DNA of 64,000 nt from assembly GCA_026936335.1 (NCBI GenBank), contig JAPMXV010000074.1, positions 124,001 to 188,000 of the forward strand. Reading direction: 5' to 3'. The notes under the pieces are model-generated. The model was not told the origin of the DNA. It worked only from the letters and a program-made list of their open reading frames with translations, and searched no databases. The position numbers and the translations under genes were made by a program. This DNA is from Mantamonas sphyraenae STR306. Taxonomy: Eukaryota > Protista > CRuMs. Position 1 is the first letter of the stretch; each line of letters opens with the position of its first letter. Positions 44,090 to 55,500 of the stretch are shown one piece after another.

Positions 44090-45065
44090 CCTCCAGTTCT
44101 GCCCCACACGTCAGCCCCTCCAATCTCCCTCCCCAACGCCCACTCTCACACCCTCTCCCCCTCACCAACACATTCCACATTCTTCCCACTCACCTTCCAC
44201 AATCCAATTGTCCCTCCCTGCGCACCTTGCATCCATTCCCCTCCTCTCTGCTCCTCCGTTGCCTCCCACTCCCAATCACCCCATTGCCATCCAACCCCCA
44301 CCCACCAGCCCCTTCCTTCTCTCATTCTTCACTCCTTCCCATTCTGCTTCCCCTACCCCCGCCGTGTCTCCATCGCAACAGCCACCCGCACCGGCAACTG
44401 CCAGCATCCCTCACAGCCTTCGTCATTGACATCGGGCACCCACGCAAGAAACCAAGCAATAACGTCTTGCAACACGCTTCATCCACCCCTGGCGATGTCA
44501 CGTGTCAACGGCGACGTGTTTCGATCTGCTCAGAGCTGGCAATGTTGATCAACATTTCCAAACACCCCCATCAGCCTCATGACCTGCCACAACGTGCTGC
44601 CACTGCCATCATACTCAACCAGTGTGTCCACCTCGCCGGACAAGCACACAAACTGATACAGCAATGCAACGGGGAACAGGGACAGCAGCGGCCACTGCCG
44701 CGACCCCAACACCTCCACCATGCACTTGATGCACATTCAGTCAAGTGCCACAATCTCACCTTTGCACACAATCCTCTCATCACACCGTACCACTGCCCCA
44801 GCCGTCCCTCCCATCTCAGCACACACAATCCCTATTCCCACCCTCACCACCCCACCCATCTCCCCAACCCCCCAACCCCCCCACCATATCAACTCCATGC
44901 CAACCCAACACACTCTCCACACCTCACGCGCGTGAATCAATCTCAAACCACGGCAGAAAGCAGGGGGCAATCTTTGTTCTTGCTCTCTCCCTCGGTCTCT
45001 CTCTCTCTCTGACCATACTGGATACAAGCAGCAGCAGCAGCTTCACAGCTTCACAGCTGATCCAC

Positions 45066-46646
45066 TTACTCCTCCCACTCATCAGCAGAGTCCTCCTCCT
45101 CCTCATCGGAGCTGGAGCCCTCAGAGTAGTCATCCACATCCTCAATGTCCGACTGCAGCAGACGCGGGCTGAACCCAGCTGCCGTGGCCACGGGCATACC
45201 GCCACCGTACTGAGTGCGGAACGTACCGTCGGCCTTCTGGTGCGGCCACACGCCAGCCTTCTCCATTGTGTAGCGCACGTTGCGGAACTTCTCGCGGAAG
45301 TTGTAGTACGCCTGGCCCACCTTGGTCTGCGAGAACTTCTTGCCAAACTCAGCACCCAGCTTCTGGCGCAGCGCCGTCTTGGCCTTGTCACCGTACTTCA
45401 TCACCTGCTTCTTCAGGAAGTCGCGGGCGTCAAAGTTCTCCTTGGCCACAATCTTGTTGACCGAGTTCATCACCTCACCGTACTTCTGCGAGATCATCTG
45501 GAAGGTCTTGCTCTTGGACAGCGACTCACGGATGCGGCCCAGCACACCGTTCTTCAGAGAGTCGAACTTGTACTTGAGGGCGCCGGTGATCTTGCCCTTG
45601 ATGTTGTTGAACGTGGAGATACCCTTGTTCAGCAGCTGGCCAACCTTGCCGCGGAGCAGGTTCTGGCCGGCCTTGAACTTGCCGATGGCACCCTTGATGA
45701 AGCCGAACACGTTGCCGCTCTTCACCTTGTCGTACACAGCCTTGGCCTTGCGCACAAAGCCGATGGCAGTCTTGACAAACGGGCTGCTGGCGATCTTGCC
45801 AAAGATGGACGAGCCCTTGATGGCGCCCATCACAACACCACCGATGCCCGTGAAGGACAGAGCAGTGGTCACGATGCCAAACAGCGGCGAGTTCATCACC
45901 TTCTTGGCCACCTGTACAAGACGAGAACAGCACGCCACAGTGTGCACATGGTGTGTTAGCGCCGCAAACACGCAAACGTGTGCTGGACCCCTTTTTTTTT
46001 CCCTCGCATCCACATGCTCGTTTTCCCCGCCACACACAACTTACCGAGATGACCTTGCCGGCGACACGGCCGATGCCACGAGCGACACGGCCCACGAAGC
46101 GACCAACACGGCGGAACGCACTGCAGAGGGCACACAGCGAGGTGGGGCGTCAGCAACAACGGCGGAAAAGGGGTGCGGCGAAAGAGGGCCAAAGAAAAAA
46201 ACCGAGCCGAAAGAAAAACCACGGCGCACGTTTGGGGCTGGCACAGACGTGTGGCTGCCCTGCCACACTCTGGCATGCAAGGGCTGTCTAGACAGGGATG
46301 CAACCTACCGTCCAATGCGGCGGAAGAACTGATCGTTGTCCTCCACATCGTCCGAGTCGTCGTTGTCGCTGCGCTCCTCTTCCTCCGACTGCTCCTCGGC
46401 CTCGCTGGCCTCGGAGAGGTTGTCGTCGGTAAAGTCGGCGTCAGCCTTGGTCTCGTCCATCAGACCGGTGTCCCAGTCCGACTCGTCCGAAGAGTCCTGT
46501 GTGGGTGGTGATGGAGAAAACGAGGCGTGTGTGTGTGAGTGAGAGCGGCCCTTCAGATTCCGCACCCTCCCGTTGTCACAACGTACGACGGCAGCCAGGG
46601 CAGCGCCAAGAATGCAGAGAATCACAAACGCAAACTTCAACTGCAT
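45066..46646 (-). CDS. Secreted prepro-protein: signal peptide, acidic pro-region, cationic amphipathic Gly/Lys/Arg-rich body, acidic tail (389 aa, 4 exons); antimicrobial/pore-forming-like
   Basis: Exons 46646-46587, 46496-46309, 46120-46045 and 45911-45066, with donors GTACGT, GTAGGT, GTAAGT and CAG acceptors in phases 0/2/0. Product: MQLKFAFVILCILGAALAAV-DSSDESD...DVEDNDQ-FFRRIGRAFRRVGRFVGRVARGIGRVAGKVISVAKKVMNSPLFGIV...DEEEEDSADEWEE. The gene model is well supported; the function is inferred. Confidence 0.8.
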
Positions 46647-46769
46647 GTTGAGGAAAGGGGGGGGTTGTTTTTTTGGGGGGTTTTGTGTGCTTGCGCCAGG
46701 GCATCCACACAAGCACTCCACAAGAGGGATCCGAAAGCATACCGGGGTGGGGGAATCCTTGCTTGGATC

Positions 46770-47963
46770 ATGTCACGTGCAGGAAAAGGGGCAGGACGTG
46801 TGATTGTGGCGATGTCGGGAGGAGTGGATTCGTCGTTGGTGGCCAAGCTGATGGTGGAGAAGTACGGGCGGGAGGCAGTGCGAGGGTTGTACATGCGCAA
46901 TTGGGAAGAAGACGAGGCAGACGTGTGTCCAGCAGATGCGGATTGGGAGGATGTGCAGCAAGTGTGTGGGCAGCTGGGGATCGAAGCACATCACGTCAAC
47001 TTTGTGCAAGAGTACTGGACACACGTGTTTGCCGACTTTCTGGAAGGCCTGCAAGCAGGCATGACGCCAAACCCGGACGTGTGGTGCAACCAACACATCA
47101 AGTTCAAACACATGCTTGCTCACGCGACGCAGACGCTGGGAGGCGACGTCCTTGCCACAGGACACTACGTACGCACAGAGCGAGACACAGAGACGGGAAT
47201 CACGCGGCTACTGAGTGGTGTGGACCCAGGCAAGGACCAGGCGTACTTTCTGTCGCTAGTGCAAGGCCAAGCGCTTGGGTCGGTGGAATTTCCGCTGGGG
47301 GCCATGCACAAGACGGCCGTGAAGCAGATGGCGGCAGAGTCTGGACTAGCAACGGCCCACAAGCGAGAGAGCATGGGCATTTGCTTTGTGGGCAAGCGCA
47401 ACTTTGGTGCGTTTGTGCAAGAGTACATCCCGGTGACGCCCGGACCGTTTGTGGACCTGGAAACTGGCCGGGAACTGGGCCAACACAAGGGCCTGGCCCT
47501 GTATACGCTGGGCCAACGTGCAGGCATCTCTGGCATCAGCACCAAAATGTATGTGTGTGGCAAGGATGCAGAGCAGAACGTGCTGTACGTGGTCGACGAA
47601 CGCGATCACCCGGCTTTGTACAGCGACCGCCTCGTGCTTGCCGATCTGCATTGGATCAACGACCACGACCCGTTGCTCGACATGAGTGGCGACGGAGCAG
47701 CTGGTGAGACCGGTGAGGATGGTGGGGTGCACTCGCAGTCTCCACCCGCGCGTCATCATCCTCGTCGTCGTCGTCTGCACTTGCTTGGTGAGACACGGTA
47801 CCATGAACCAAAGGTGCCTCTGGTGTTGGACACACACAGCAAACAGGTGTTTTTGGAACAGCCTCAGCGTGCAGTGACCCCCGGTCAGTTTCTATGTTTG
47901 TACAGCGCCCAGCGGCCCGAGGTGTGTCTCGGAGCAGGGCAAATCGCAGAAACGATCATGTAA
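46770..47963 (+). CDS. TRMU: Mitochondrial tRNA-specific 2-thiouridylase (MnmA/TRMU/Slm3)
   Basis: VAMSGGVDSS PP-loop, MRNW, TPNPDVWCNQHIKF, ATGHY, KDQAYFL, ESMGICFVG, YTLGQR and QRAVTPGQ. Confidence 0.95.
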   Translation: MSRAGKGAGRVIVAMSGGVDSSLVAKLMVEKYGREAVRGLYMRNWEEDEADVCPADADWEDVQQVCGQLGIEAHHVNFVQEYWTHVFADFLEGLQAGMTPNPDVWCNQHIKFKHMLAHATQTLGGDVLATGHYVRTERDTETGITRLLSGVDPGKDQAYFLSLVQGQALGSVEFPLGAMHKTAVKQMAAESGLATAHKRESMGICFVGKRNFGAFVQEYIPVTPGPFVDLETGRELGQHKGLALYTLGQRAGISGISTKMYVCGKDAEQNVLYVVDERDHPALYSDRLVLADLHWINDHDPLLDMSGDGAAGETGEDGGVHSQSPPARHHPRRRRLHLLGETRYHEPKVPLVLDTHSKQVFLEQPQRAVTPGQFLCLYSAQRPEVCLGAGQIAETIM

Positions 47964-48106
47964 AGTACAGGTGGAAAGGGTGTGTGGTGGCACCGAGTGG
48001 CAAAGACGTGTGATTCACTCGCACGCCGAACAGAGTGCCCAAGACCCCCGTTGACGTCCATCAATCACCCCACCACCTTCACCACTACCCAATGAAACCA
48101 TTTCCA

Positions 48107-48886
48107 TTAGCACTGTTTGGTGCTGACGTCCCCCACGCCCTTGTAGGCCTTGAGATCGGCAATGATTTTCTTGACGCGCTCCTCGTTCACGCCAAAGTCG
48201 CCTCGACCAAGCCTGGACTGGCTCTGGACCCACAGCTTCTGGCAGCCGATGGCCACGTAGACATCGTCGGGATAGCCCATGACCTGAGTCAGGATCCTGG
48301 CATGCACAAAATCCTTGCGGTTTGTGATGAGCTCGGCCGTCGAGGGCAGGTTGGAGAGGATGGACACCACGGCGTCGTGCACCTTGTCGACGGTGGCGTT
48401 AAACACAGGTGGAGACAGGCCCTGGCCACGCATGGGATTGGTGGGTGCCACACGTGTGCAGTCGTAGGGCGCTTCCGCCTTGCGCAGACATTCCGAGGGA
48501 AAGCTGGTGACGCCTGCAGGGTCCGGTGCCAACAGGGGCACCAGGAAGAGAAGGGTGGTGAAGAGGAACATCACAATGGACAATGTGACCAGGCCACACG
48601 CTGCCTTGTCGTGTGTCTGTGTCTTGGACCAGCGACGCGTGGCCAGCAGCAGCATCGTCGTGGCAATCAGACTTCCTGCAGCCCATCCAATGCCAAACCA
48701 GTGCTCCCATTGGCTGGCCACCACCAACAACCCCACAGACACAATCACCTTGAGTGCCAATGTGACCAGAAGCACACGCTGCCTTCCGGTGCGCCGGGAA
48801 AAGAAGTTGCCATCACGATCGGCGTCGGCAAACAAGTCGGTGGCGCTGTCGCCATGCAATCCACGGTATGGTGCCCCTTTGCTCAT
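48107..48886 (-). CDS. DUF1499-family membrane protein (about 3 N-terminal TM helices)
   Basis: C-terminus FVHARILTQVMGYPDDVYV...VQSQSRLGRGDFGVNEERV matches the DUF1499 S-x-SR-x-G-x-x-D-x-GVN-x-x-R motif. Hydrophobic N-terminal segments. Confidence 0.8.
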   Translation of the reverse strand: MSKGAPYRGLHGDSATDLFADADRDGNFFSRRTGRQRVLLVTLALKVIVSVGLLVVASQWEHWFGIGWAAGSLIATTMLLLATRRWSKTQTHDKAACGLVTLSIVMFLFTTLLFLVPLLAPDPAGVTSFPSECLRKAEAPYDCTRVAPTNPMRGQGLSPPVFNATVDKVHDAVVSILSNLPSTAELITNRKDFVHARILTQVMGYPDDVYVAIGCQKLWVQSQSRLGRGDFGVNEERVKKIIADLKAYKGVGDVSTKQC

Positions 48887-48972
48887 TCTTCTCGAATCCT
48901 ATCCACAACTCACACAACACCACACAAGTTGCACCGGCGAGCGCTTGGCCAGCAAACGCAAGTGAGAGAGAG

Positions 48973-51900
48973 ATGTTCACCCGCACCCGTTCGTTGGCAC
49001 AGACGGGACGACGGACCATCCGGCCCTCTCTGCTGGCCCAAATGGCTCATGCAGACCCGAAGCGTGCATTGGTGGCCACACTGCAAGGTAGGAAGCGTGT
49101 GGGCAGGCAGGAGCGAAACAAAAAAAGTCGAAAAATCCGCTGACGCCCGTCGCCCCTTGCAATTTTCGGCACCCCGACGCGCAGGCGCCCTGTTCCGTCT
49201 TGGGGCAGGCCGACGGGAAGTCAACGAGGTGTTGAGTGTGGAGGAGATGGAGGCGCAGGGGGTCGATGTGCCTCTGGAGTTGCGTGTGTCGCCAGCACCG
49301 CCAGCACACGGGTTTATGGGCCTTGCGTCCGCGTTGGGGGCGGACGGCGAGGAAGGGGCGTCGAGAGCCGCCGCCGGCGTGGTTGCACGGGGCTCGTTGG
49401 GATCGATGCAGCAAAGCAATGGGACGTCTGGCACGGCCAAGGATGCATACAAGGTGGGATACAAGGTGTGCAAGAATGCCACCTGTGGCGAATTCATCCC
49501 AGCTGCGTCGCGTCAGTGTCCGCACTGCGCAGTCATGCAGCCGATGAAACGCAGGGCCACCACCGCCGCCCCCAAGCACCCTCCACTCGACCCCAGCGGC
49601 GCAGGGGCACCGCAGGCGGAAATGAGCCATGCCAGCATGGATGCACTGGAGTCTCACCTCAATGTGGGCAATCTGAGGGCCCAACTGGACAATCCCGAGT
49701 ACGTGGAGTTGCTGCAGCAACAACCGGCGACGACCCTGGAAACCAGCAGCAGCAGCAGCAGCAGCAGCACACACACCAGCACCCTGGAGGAGGGCAACAC
49801 ACAGGCACATGCGTCGTCAGGCATAGTGGAGGACAGTAGTGCAACACAAACACAGACACACACGCCTGCGTCGGAACTACTGGCAACCCCGCATAGTGCG
49901 TTCCGGCAGCAGCTGCGGTATGAAACCACGGCGGTGGAACTTGCGGTGGAACGGTACCGCAATGCCATCAAGGGGGCGGTGGAACGTGGCCAGGGGGCAG
50001 CCATGGGACCGTCGCAACAAATCATGCTGCAGTGGTTTGAGCCGTTGGAGCAGGCCATTTACGAAGAGCAGCTGCGCATCAGCCGCGACGAGTCCGGCGT
50101 CGACCGACGTGTCTACGGACCCCACCTCCAACAATTGCACTCGGACAAATTGGCCGTCATCACTCTCCACGAGATGCTCTCCATGGTCCTCAACGACCCC
50201 GTGGGCATCAAGTTTGTCGAGGCCGCCCTGGCCATCGGCAAGGCCGTCCAAGCCGAAGTCAACCTGACCAGGCTGCGCAAGGTGATTCGACAGCGCAACG
50301 CCCAACGCGTGTCCGAGGCTGAAGCTGCCGCTGCGGCTGCAGGTGTCACCCTGGATCCTGAACAGAGGCAAGCCATGATGATGGACAACATGGACAACAT
50401 GGACCAGCAGAACCAGGACCTGGACCAGGACCTGGACCTGGACGTGGATGCACAGGAGGATGCGGCTGCCCTGAGTCCCATCCCACCGCCGCCGGCAAGG
50501 GTGCGCAAGGAGAAGCTCAAGGTGAAGCAGCTGAATGTGAGCAAGGTCAACTCGTCGGCGGCTCGGGAGTTTGAAGATGCCAATTGGAGTCGCAGTGTGC
50601 AGGCCAAGGTGGGGGCGGCGTTGATCCACACGCTGTTGAACACGGTGGAGCTGAGCATGGCCGATCCGGTGGATCCCAGCCACGAACTCACCTTTCCCGC
50701 GTTCAAGCACGGCTACCACTTTGAGGGCACCAAACGCCGCACGGGCATCATCCAATGCCACCCGGACGTGGTGGAGATGATTGAGAACGGCCACCTGTTG
50801 CGTGAGAGCCTTCATCCGCGTCACATGCCCATGGTGGTGCAGCCCAAGGAGTGGAGCGACGTCGCCGTCGGTGGCTATCTGTCCCTCAGCACACAAGTCA
50901 TGCGCACGTTCAGCAAGCTGCAAACCGCAGCCTTGCGTCAGGCGACCCTGGACGATGTCTTTCGCGGACTCAACGTCCTCGGTCAGACCCGTTGGCGCAT
51001 CAACGAACGCGTGTACAAGCACATGAGTGAGGCGTGGGAACGGGGTGGCGACCTGGCCGGTTTGGTGACCCGTGTGGATGCCGTGCATCCGGAACCGCCC
51101 GCAGACGTGGAAACCAGCGCCGCCGCACGCAAGCGCTTCTACTACGAACGCTCCAAGATCCGCAAGTTGAACCGGGAGTACCACGCCCTGCGTTGTGACA
51201 TGGTCTACAAACTGGCCGTGGCCAAGGAGTTTGTGGACAAGGACTTTTACCTGCCCCACAACGTGGACTTTCGCGGACGCGCCTACCCCATCCCGCAGCA
51301 CCTGAACCACCTGGGCTCGGATGTGTGCCGTGGTCTCATGATGTTTGCCGAGGGCAAGGAGCTCGGCGAACGAGGCTTGGAGTGGATGAAGGTGCACATG
51401 GCCAACCTGTACGGCATGGACAAGCTCAACTTTGACGGCCGCGTGGCCTTTACGGAAGCACACATGGACGACATCATCCGCAGCGCAGAGGATCCCATGG
51501 GCGGTGACGATCGCTTCTGGCTGCGTGCCGAAGATCCCTGGCAATGTCTGGCTCTGTGTTTCGAGCTGAAGGAGGCGCTCTCGCTGCCGGATCCCAGCAA
51601 GTTTGTGTCCCACATCCCCGTGCACCAGGACGGCAGCTGCAACGGATTGCAACACTATGCGGCGCTGGGCAGGGACAAGTTTGGTGGCATGCAGGTGAAT
51701 CTGATGGCCAGCGAGAAGCCCGGGGACGTGTACATGGCCGTGGCCAACAAGCTCATCGACACCGTGCACAAGGAGGCCCAGGCGGGCAATCCGCTGGCTG
51801 GCATGCTGGACGGACGCATCACGCGCAAGATTGTCAAGCAGACGGTGATGACCAGTGTGTACGGCGTGACGTTTGTGGGCGCACGCAAGCAGATCCAGAA

Positions 51901-52513
51901 CAGGCTCAAGGAAATCGATCTGCCCGAGGATTCGCTGTACAAGCTGGCCACCTACTTGGCACGCCACACGCTCAACGCACTGGGCGAGACCTTTGTGGGT
52001 GCACGCGACATCATGGCCTTTCTCAAGCAGTGCGCACAGGTCATTTCCAAGGATGGTCAGCCTGTGAGCTGGTTGACCCCGCTGGGCCTGCCTGTGGTCC
52101 AGCCGTACCGTCGTGTGGCCTCGTATCGGGTGCGCACCCTTGTGCAGAACGTGATCATTGCCGATCACAACGAGGCGTTGCCCGTGAGTGTCACCAAGCA
52201 GAAGAGCGCCTTTCCGCCCAACTACGTCCACAGTCTGGACAGCACACACATGCTCATGACTGCGCTGGGCATGGAGAAGCACGGCCTGACCTTTGCCAGC
52301 GTCCACGACTCCTTCTGGTCCCACGCCGGTTCCATCGACCAGATGAACATCCTCCTGCGTGAGGCCTTTATCGAATTGCACTCGCAGCCCCTCCTCCACG
52401 ACCTGCTGGAGTCGTTCAAACAGCGCTACCCGCACCTGGAGTTCCCAGACCTGCCCGAGGTGGGTGATCTGGACATCGAAGCCGTGCGTGATGCGCCCTA
52501 TTTCTTTGATTGA
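48973..52513 (+). CDS. POLRMT: Mitochondrial single-subunit (T3/T7-type) RNA polymerase, 2 exons
   Basis: Exon 1 48973-49087 (presequence-like MFTRTRSLAQTGRRTIRPSLL), intron G|GTAGGA...GCAG| 49088-49184, then exon 2. Motifs DFRGRAY, HQDGSCNGLQHY, RKIVKQTVMTSVYG, FPPNYVHSLD, VHDSFW and C-terminal YFF. Confidence 0.95.
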
Positions 52514-52576
52514 TGAACCTGTGTGCAGAATGGAAAACAATGGATGCATTTTGTGCCTTTGACCAGAGTCTCAGTC

Positions 52577-55500
52577 TCAGTAGCCTCCCTGTCGACCATA
52601 ACCACCGTCCTGGTGGTCATCCCAGGCACCTTCCTCCTCGTCGTACTCTTCGTCGTCCTCGTCGTACTCCTCATCGTCGTCGTAGTAGTCGTCTTCATCG
52701 TCCTCATCATAATACCCATCGTCCGCAGCACCTCCTCCCAGGGCAGGTGCTGTGTGGTTGGCCCTTTCCCATTCTTCGTCGTCGTGGTCGCCACTCTGGG
52801 TGCTGCTGAGGTTGAGCCGTGGCACAGGTGCAGTGCTGCCCAGCTTGGGCACCGACGCCACACTTGCCTCAAACGGTTCCTGGTACTCGTTGAGAAGGGC
52901 CGCATGCACTCCCTTTTCCAGATTGATCAACGCCGTGGTGCTGCGCAACTCCTGTCTGCTCTTGTCCTGCAGTCCCTCGTACATGATCGGATTGACCCCA
53001 CGCACACGCGGCACCAACGAAATGATGGCTTCCGCACGCCGTGCCCTGTCCTCCGGATCCTGCACCCGTTTGCGCTCCCGCATGAGATCGTACATCTGTG
53101 CGTTCACGCCGCCGTTGGCCCTGTCCGCACTGCGGCAGTAATCCAAAAAGGCCTCGCTCAGTGCCGGCGGCCCACCCTGGCTCCCGCTCACAGGCTGCAA
53201 CGGTGCCAATCCTGCCATGCGCGGTCCCATGGCCTTGCGGAAGCGCGAACGTGCAGGCACACGGCCGCGTGGTGGGCCTCCACCGGCCGCCACCGACCCA
53301 AAGGTGACACTGCTGCGGTTGCTGTCCTGCTGCGTGCGCATTTCAATGCGTTCGGCCTCGACGCGACTGTCGCCGCCGGAGCCCAGCGAGCGCAGGTTGA
53401 GCTTGGGCAACATGGTGCGCTGGCCACGTGCGCTCTCCAAAGCCAAATCCTCCTCGAGACTGCGTGGGGTGGCCACGCCGCGGTCGTTGGCCATCGTACG
53501 TGGCGTGCGTGGACTCTTGCGTCCGTTGGCAGCGGCCTCGGCCTGCTTTTGCTGCTTGGGGGTGCGGAAGTGCACGTTGCCCATGGGATCGACGCGTCCC
53601 TCTTGCCAGCGGTGCACCCAGGGCATGATGGCAAAGAGGATGGCCACCACCAGCACAAACAGGATCATGAAGCCGGCGAGCACACGCACCAGATCCACGT
53701 CGGCCTGGAAGTGCTCGTGCGCCACAAAGTTGATCACGGCCATGACAAAGCCCACACTGAACGCGGCACTGTACAACGGGTTCAGGTAGCGGGTCTCAAA
53801 GGGCTGCACAATGGCCAACACAATGACCATGGTGGCCAACACGGCGTTGGTGAGGAGGAAGCGAAACTCGGGATTGCGAATGAACACCACCGAGGCAAAG
53901 GCAAGCAGAAACTCGGCCAGCAGCAACAGGCAGACAAACCAGTAGGCGGGCTGAGTCATGCGTTCGTACAACACACCAAAGGTGTTGCGCACGTGGGTGT
54001 TGGCCAGCGTGGACGAGCCCATCAGCAGGTTCTGCGAGTTTTTCGTCACCAGAAAGATGGTGAGGAAGAGCGGGTAGAACAGCACCAGGGCAATCATGAT
54101 GATCCAAGCCATGGCGGCCACGTCGTGATCCTGGCTGTAGCACTCCACGCTGAGTTCCACCAGCAGGAAGGAGCTGTTGCTGAAAAAGGCAAACGGCGCG
54201 GTGCAGTGCAGCGCCTGCATCGTGCGCACCGCCCACATGGGATACGCCAGCGTGACGTAGATGAGCAGGGTGCGGAAGAAGCGATTGGCAAACGTTTCGC
54301 TGAGCGGGGCCGTGTTGCGTTGGGTGTTGCTCATGGCCACAAAGCCCACCAGCATCACCACCAGATTGATGGCCAGGATGGCCGTGTTGCCCCAGAACAG
54401 CGAGGAAAACGTGGCCAGCGACGAATCCACCCCGCAGCCGGGGCGCAAAAAGTCGTAGTCCATGTCCAGGAGACCCATGGTGTGGTAGAACAGACGCAGA
54501 AACTCGGGGGCGTTGGCCGGCGACGAGTGGCCAATCACACGCAGCATCTGCAGGGGCACCAGTGCAAACAGAACATACGTTTGCACCCACGGTTCGGCGG
54601 CAAACAGGAGCCACCACATGGTCAGCCACGCCACCACATACACAATCCACGTCAGCCACAACCAGGCCTCGTGGCCACACGACACACAATACTCGTCGCT
54701 GCGGTAGTAGCCATCGGTACAGGAGCCACAAAACAGACCCTTGTAGCCTGCTCCACACGTGCCATTGCCAGCGCAGCGTGCACGCGGCACACACTCAAAC
54801 ACAAAGCCCGACGTGGGCCCACTGTTCCAGTAGCCCGCGCGTGCGTTGATGATGGAGCCTCCGGGACACTGGCCACCCGCGGGACAGGGTTGGCACTGCA
54901 GGGCGTCGGTGGCATACTGACCCGTGGTGGGGCAGGCATCGACGTAGCGCAGCACGGGGCCGGCGTCCACGGAGCCATTGTCCGGGTTGCGCAGCACCAG
55001 GCGTGCGGTGGTGGCACCCACAGTCGACACGGGGGCGGCAAAGCTGAGTGAGGCGCTGTCGTACCGAGTGACATTGGCCACGGCGACGCCGTCGAGCTCG
55101 ACACGGATGCCCGGCACAAAGTCGGCACCGTCGACGTGGACGCGCATGCCACCGGCGACGGTGACCACCGACGGATCAATGGAGGCGAAACGAGGCACGA
55201 CAATGGCACGGTTGACAAAGCTGAGTGAGCTGAGTTGGACGCCGTTGTAGCTGGGGTCGCCACTCACACTGCGTGCAAACGTGACCAGGTACGTCACGTC
55301 GGGGTCGGTGACGCCGTCGGCCAGGCCACGGATGCGCACACGGCGTGGGGTGGCCCAATCGGACGGGGTGAAGACGACGGGCGAGGAACCGGGCACCACC
55401 TCGGCCTCGGCGGTGTTGCTCACCGACACGGCCACACTCACGTCGGCACTGGGTTGCGAGGTGAGACGCATGTCAAAGCCGCCCTCAAAGCCATTCTCGT

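Larger units (their letters stand above)
27663..45551. repeat. Head-to-tail segmental triplication (units 27663-33215, 33297-39008, 39090-45551) with identical 81-bp junction fillers
   Basis: Each unit is the 5' part of the kelch gene + a Roco gene + spacer + the 3' part of the cationic secreted gene. Homology breakpoints map to 27663 (kelch) and 45551 (secreted gene). Fillers are at 33216-33296 and 39009-39089. Confidence 0.93.

Noticed and set aside
48035-48972. N-terminal part of the 1492-aa ORF preceding the RNA polymerase
   Set aside because: It is antisense read-through of the DUF1499 gene. A presequence exon at 48973-49087 spliced to 49185 explains the true start.
48973-52513. Phage or prophage origin of the T7-like RNA polymerase
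   Set aside because: It has a spliceosomal intron, a presequence and eukaryotic neighbours, so it is the ordinary nuclear-encoded mitochondrial enzyme.
46770-52513. Functional clustering of mitochondrial expression genes (TRMU, POLRMT) or of ciliary genes (AK9, WDR31, CNBD)
   Set aside because: There are too few genes to distinguish this from chance without synteny data.
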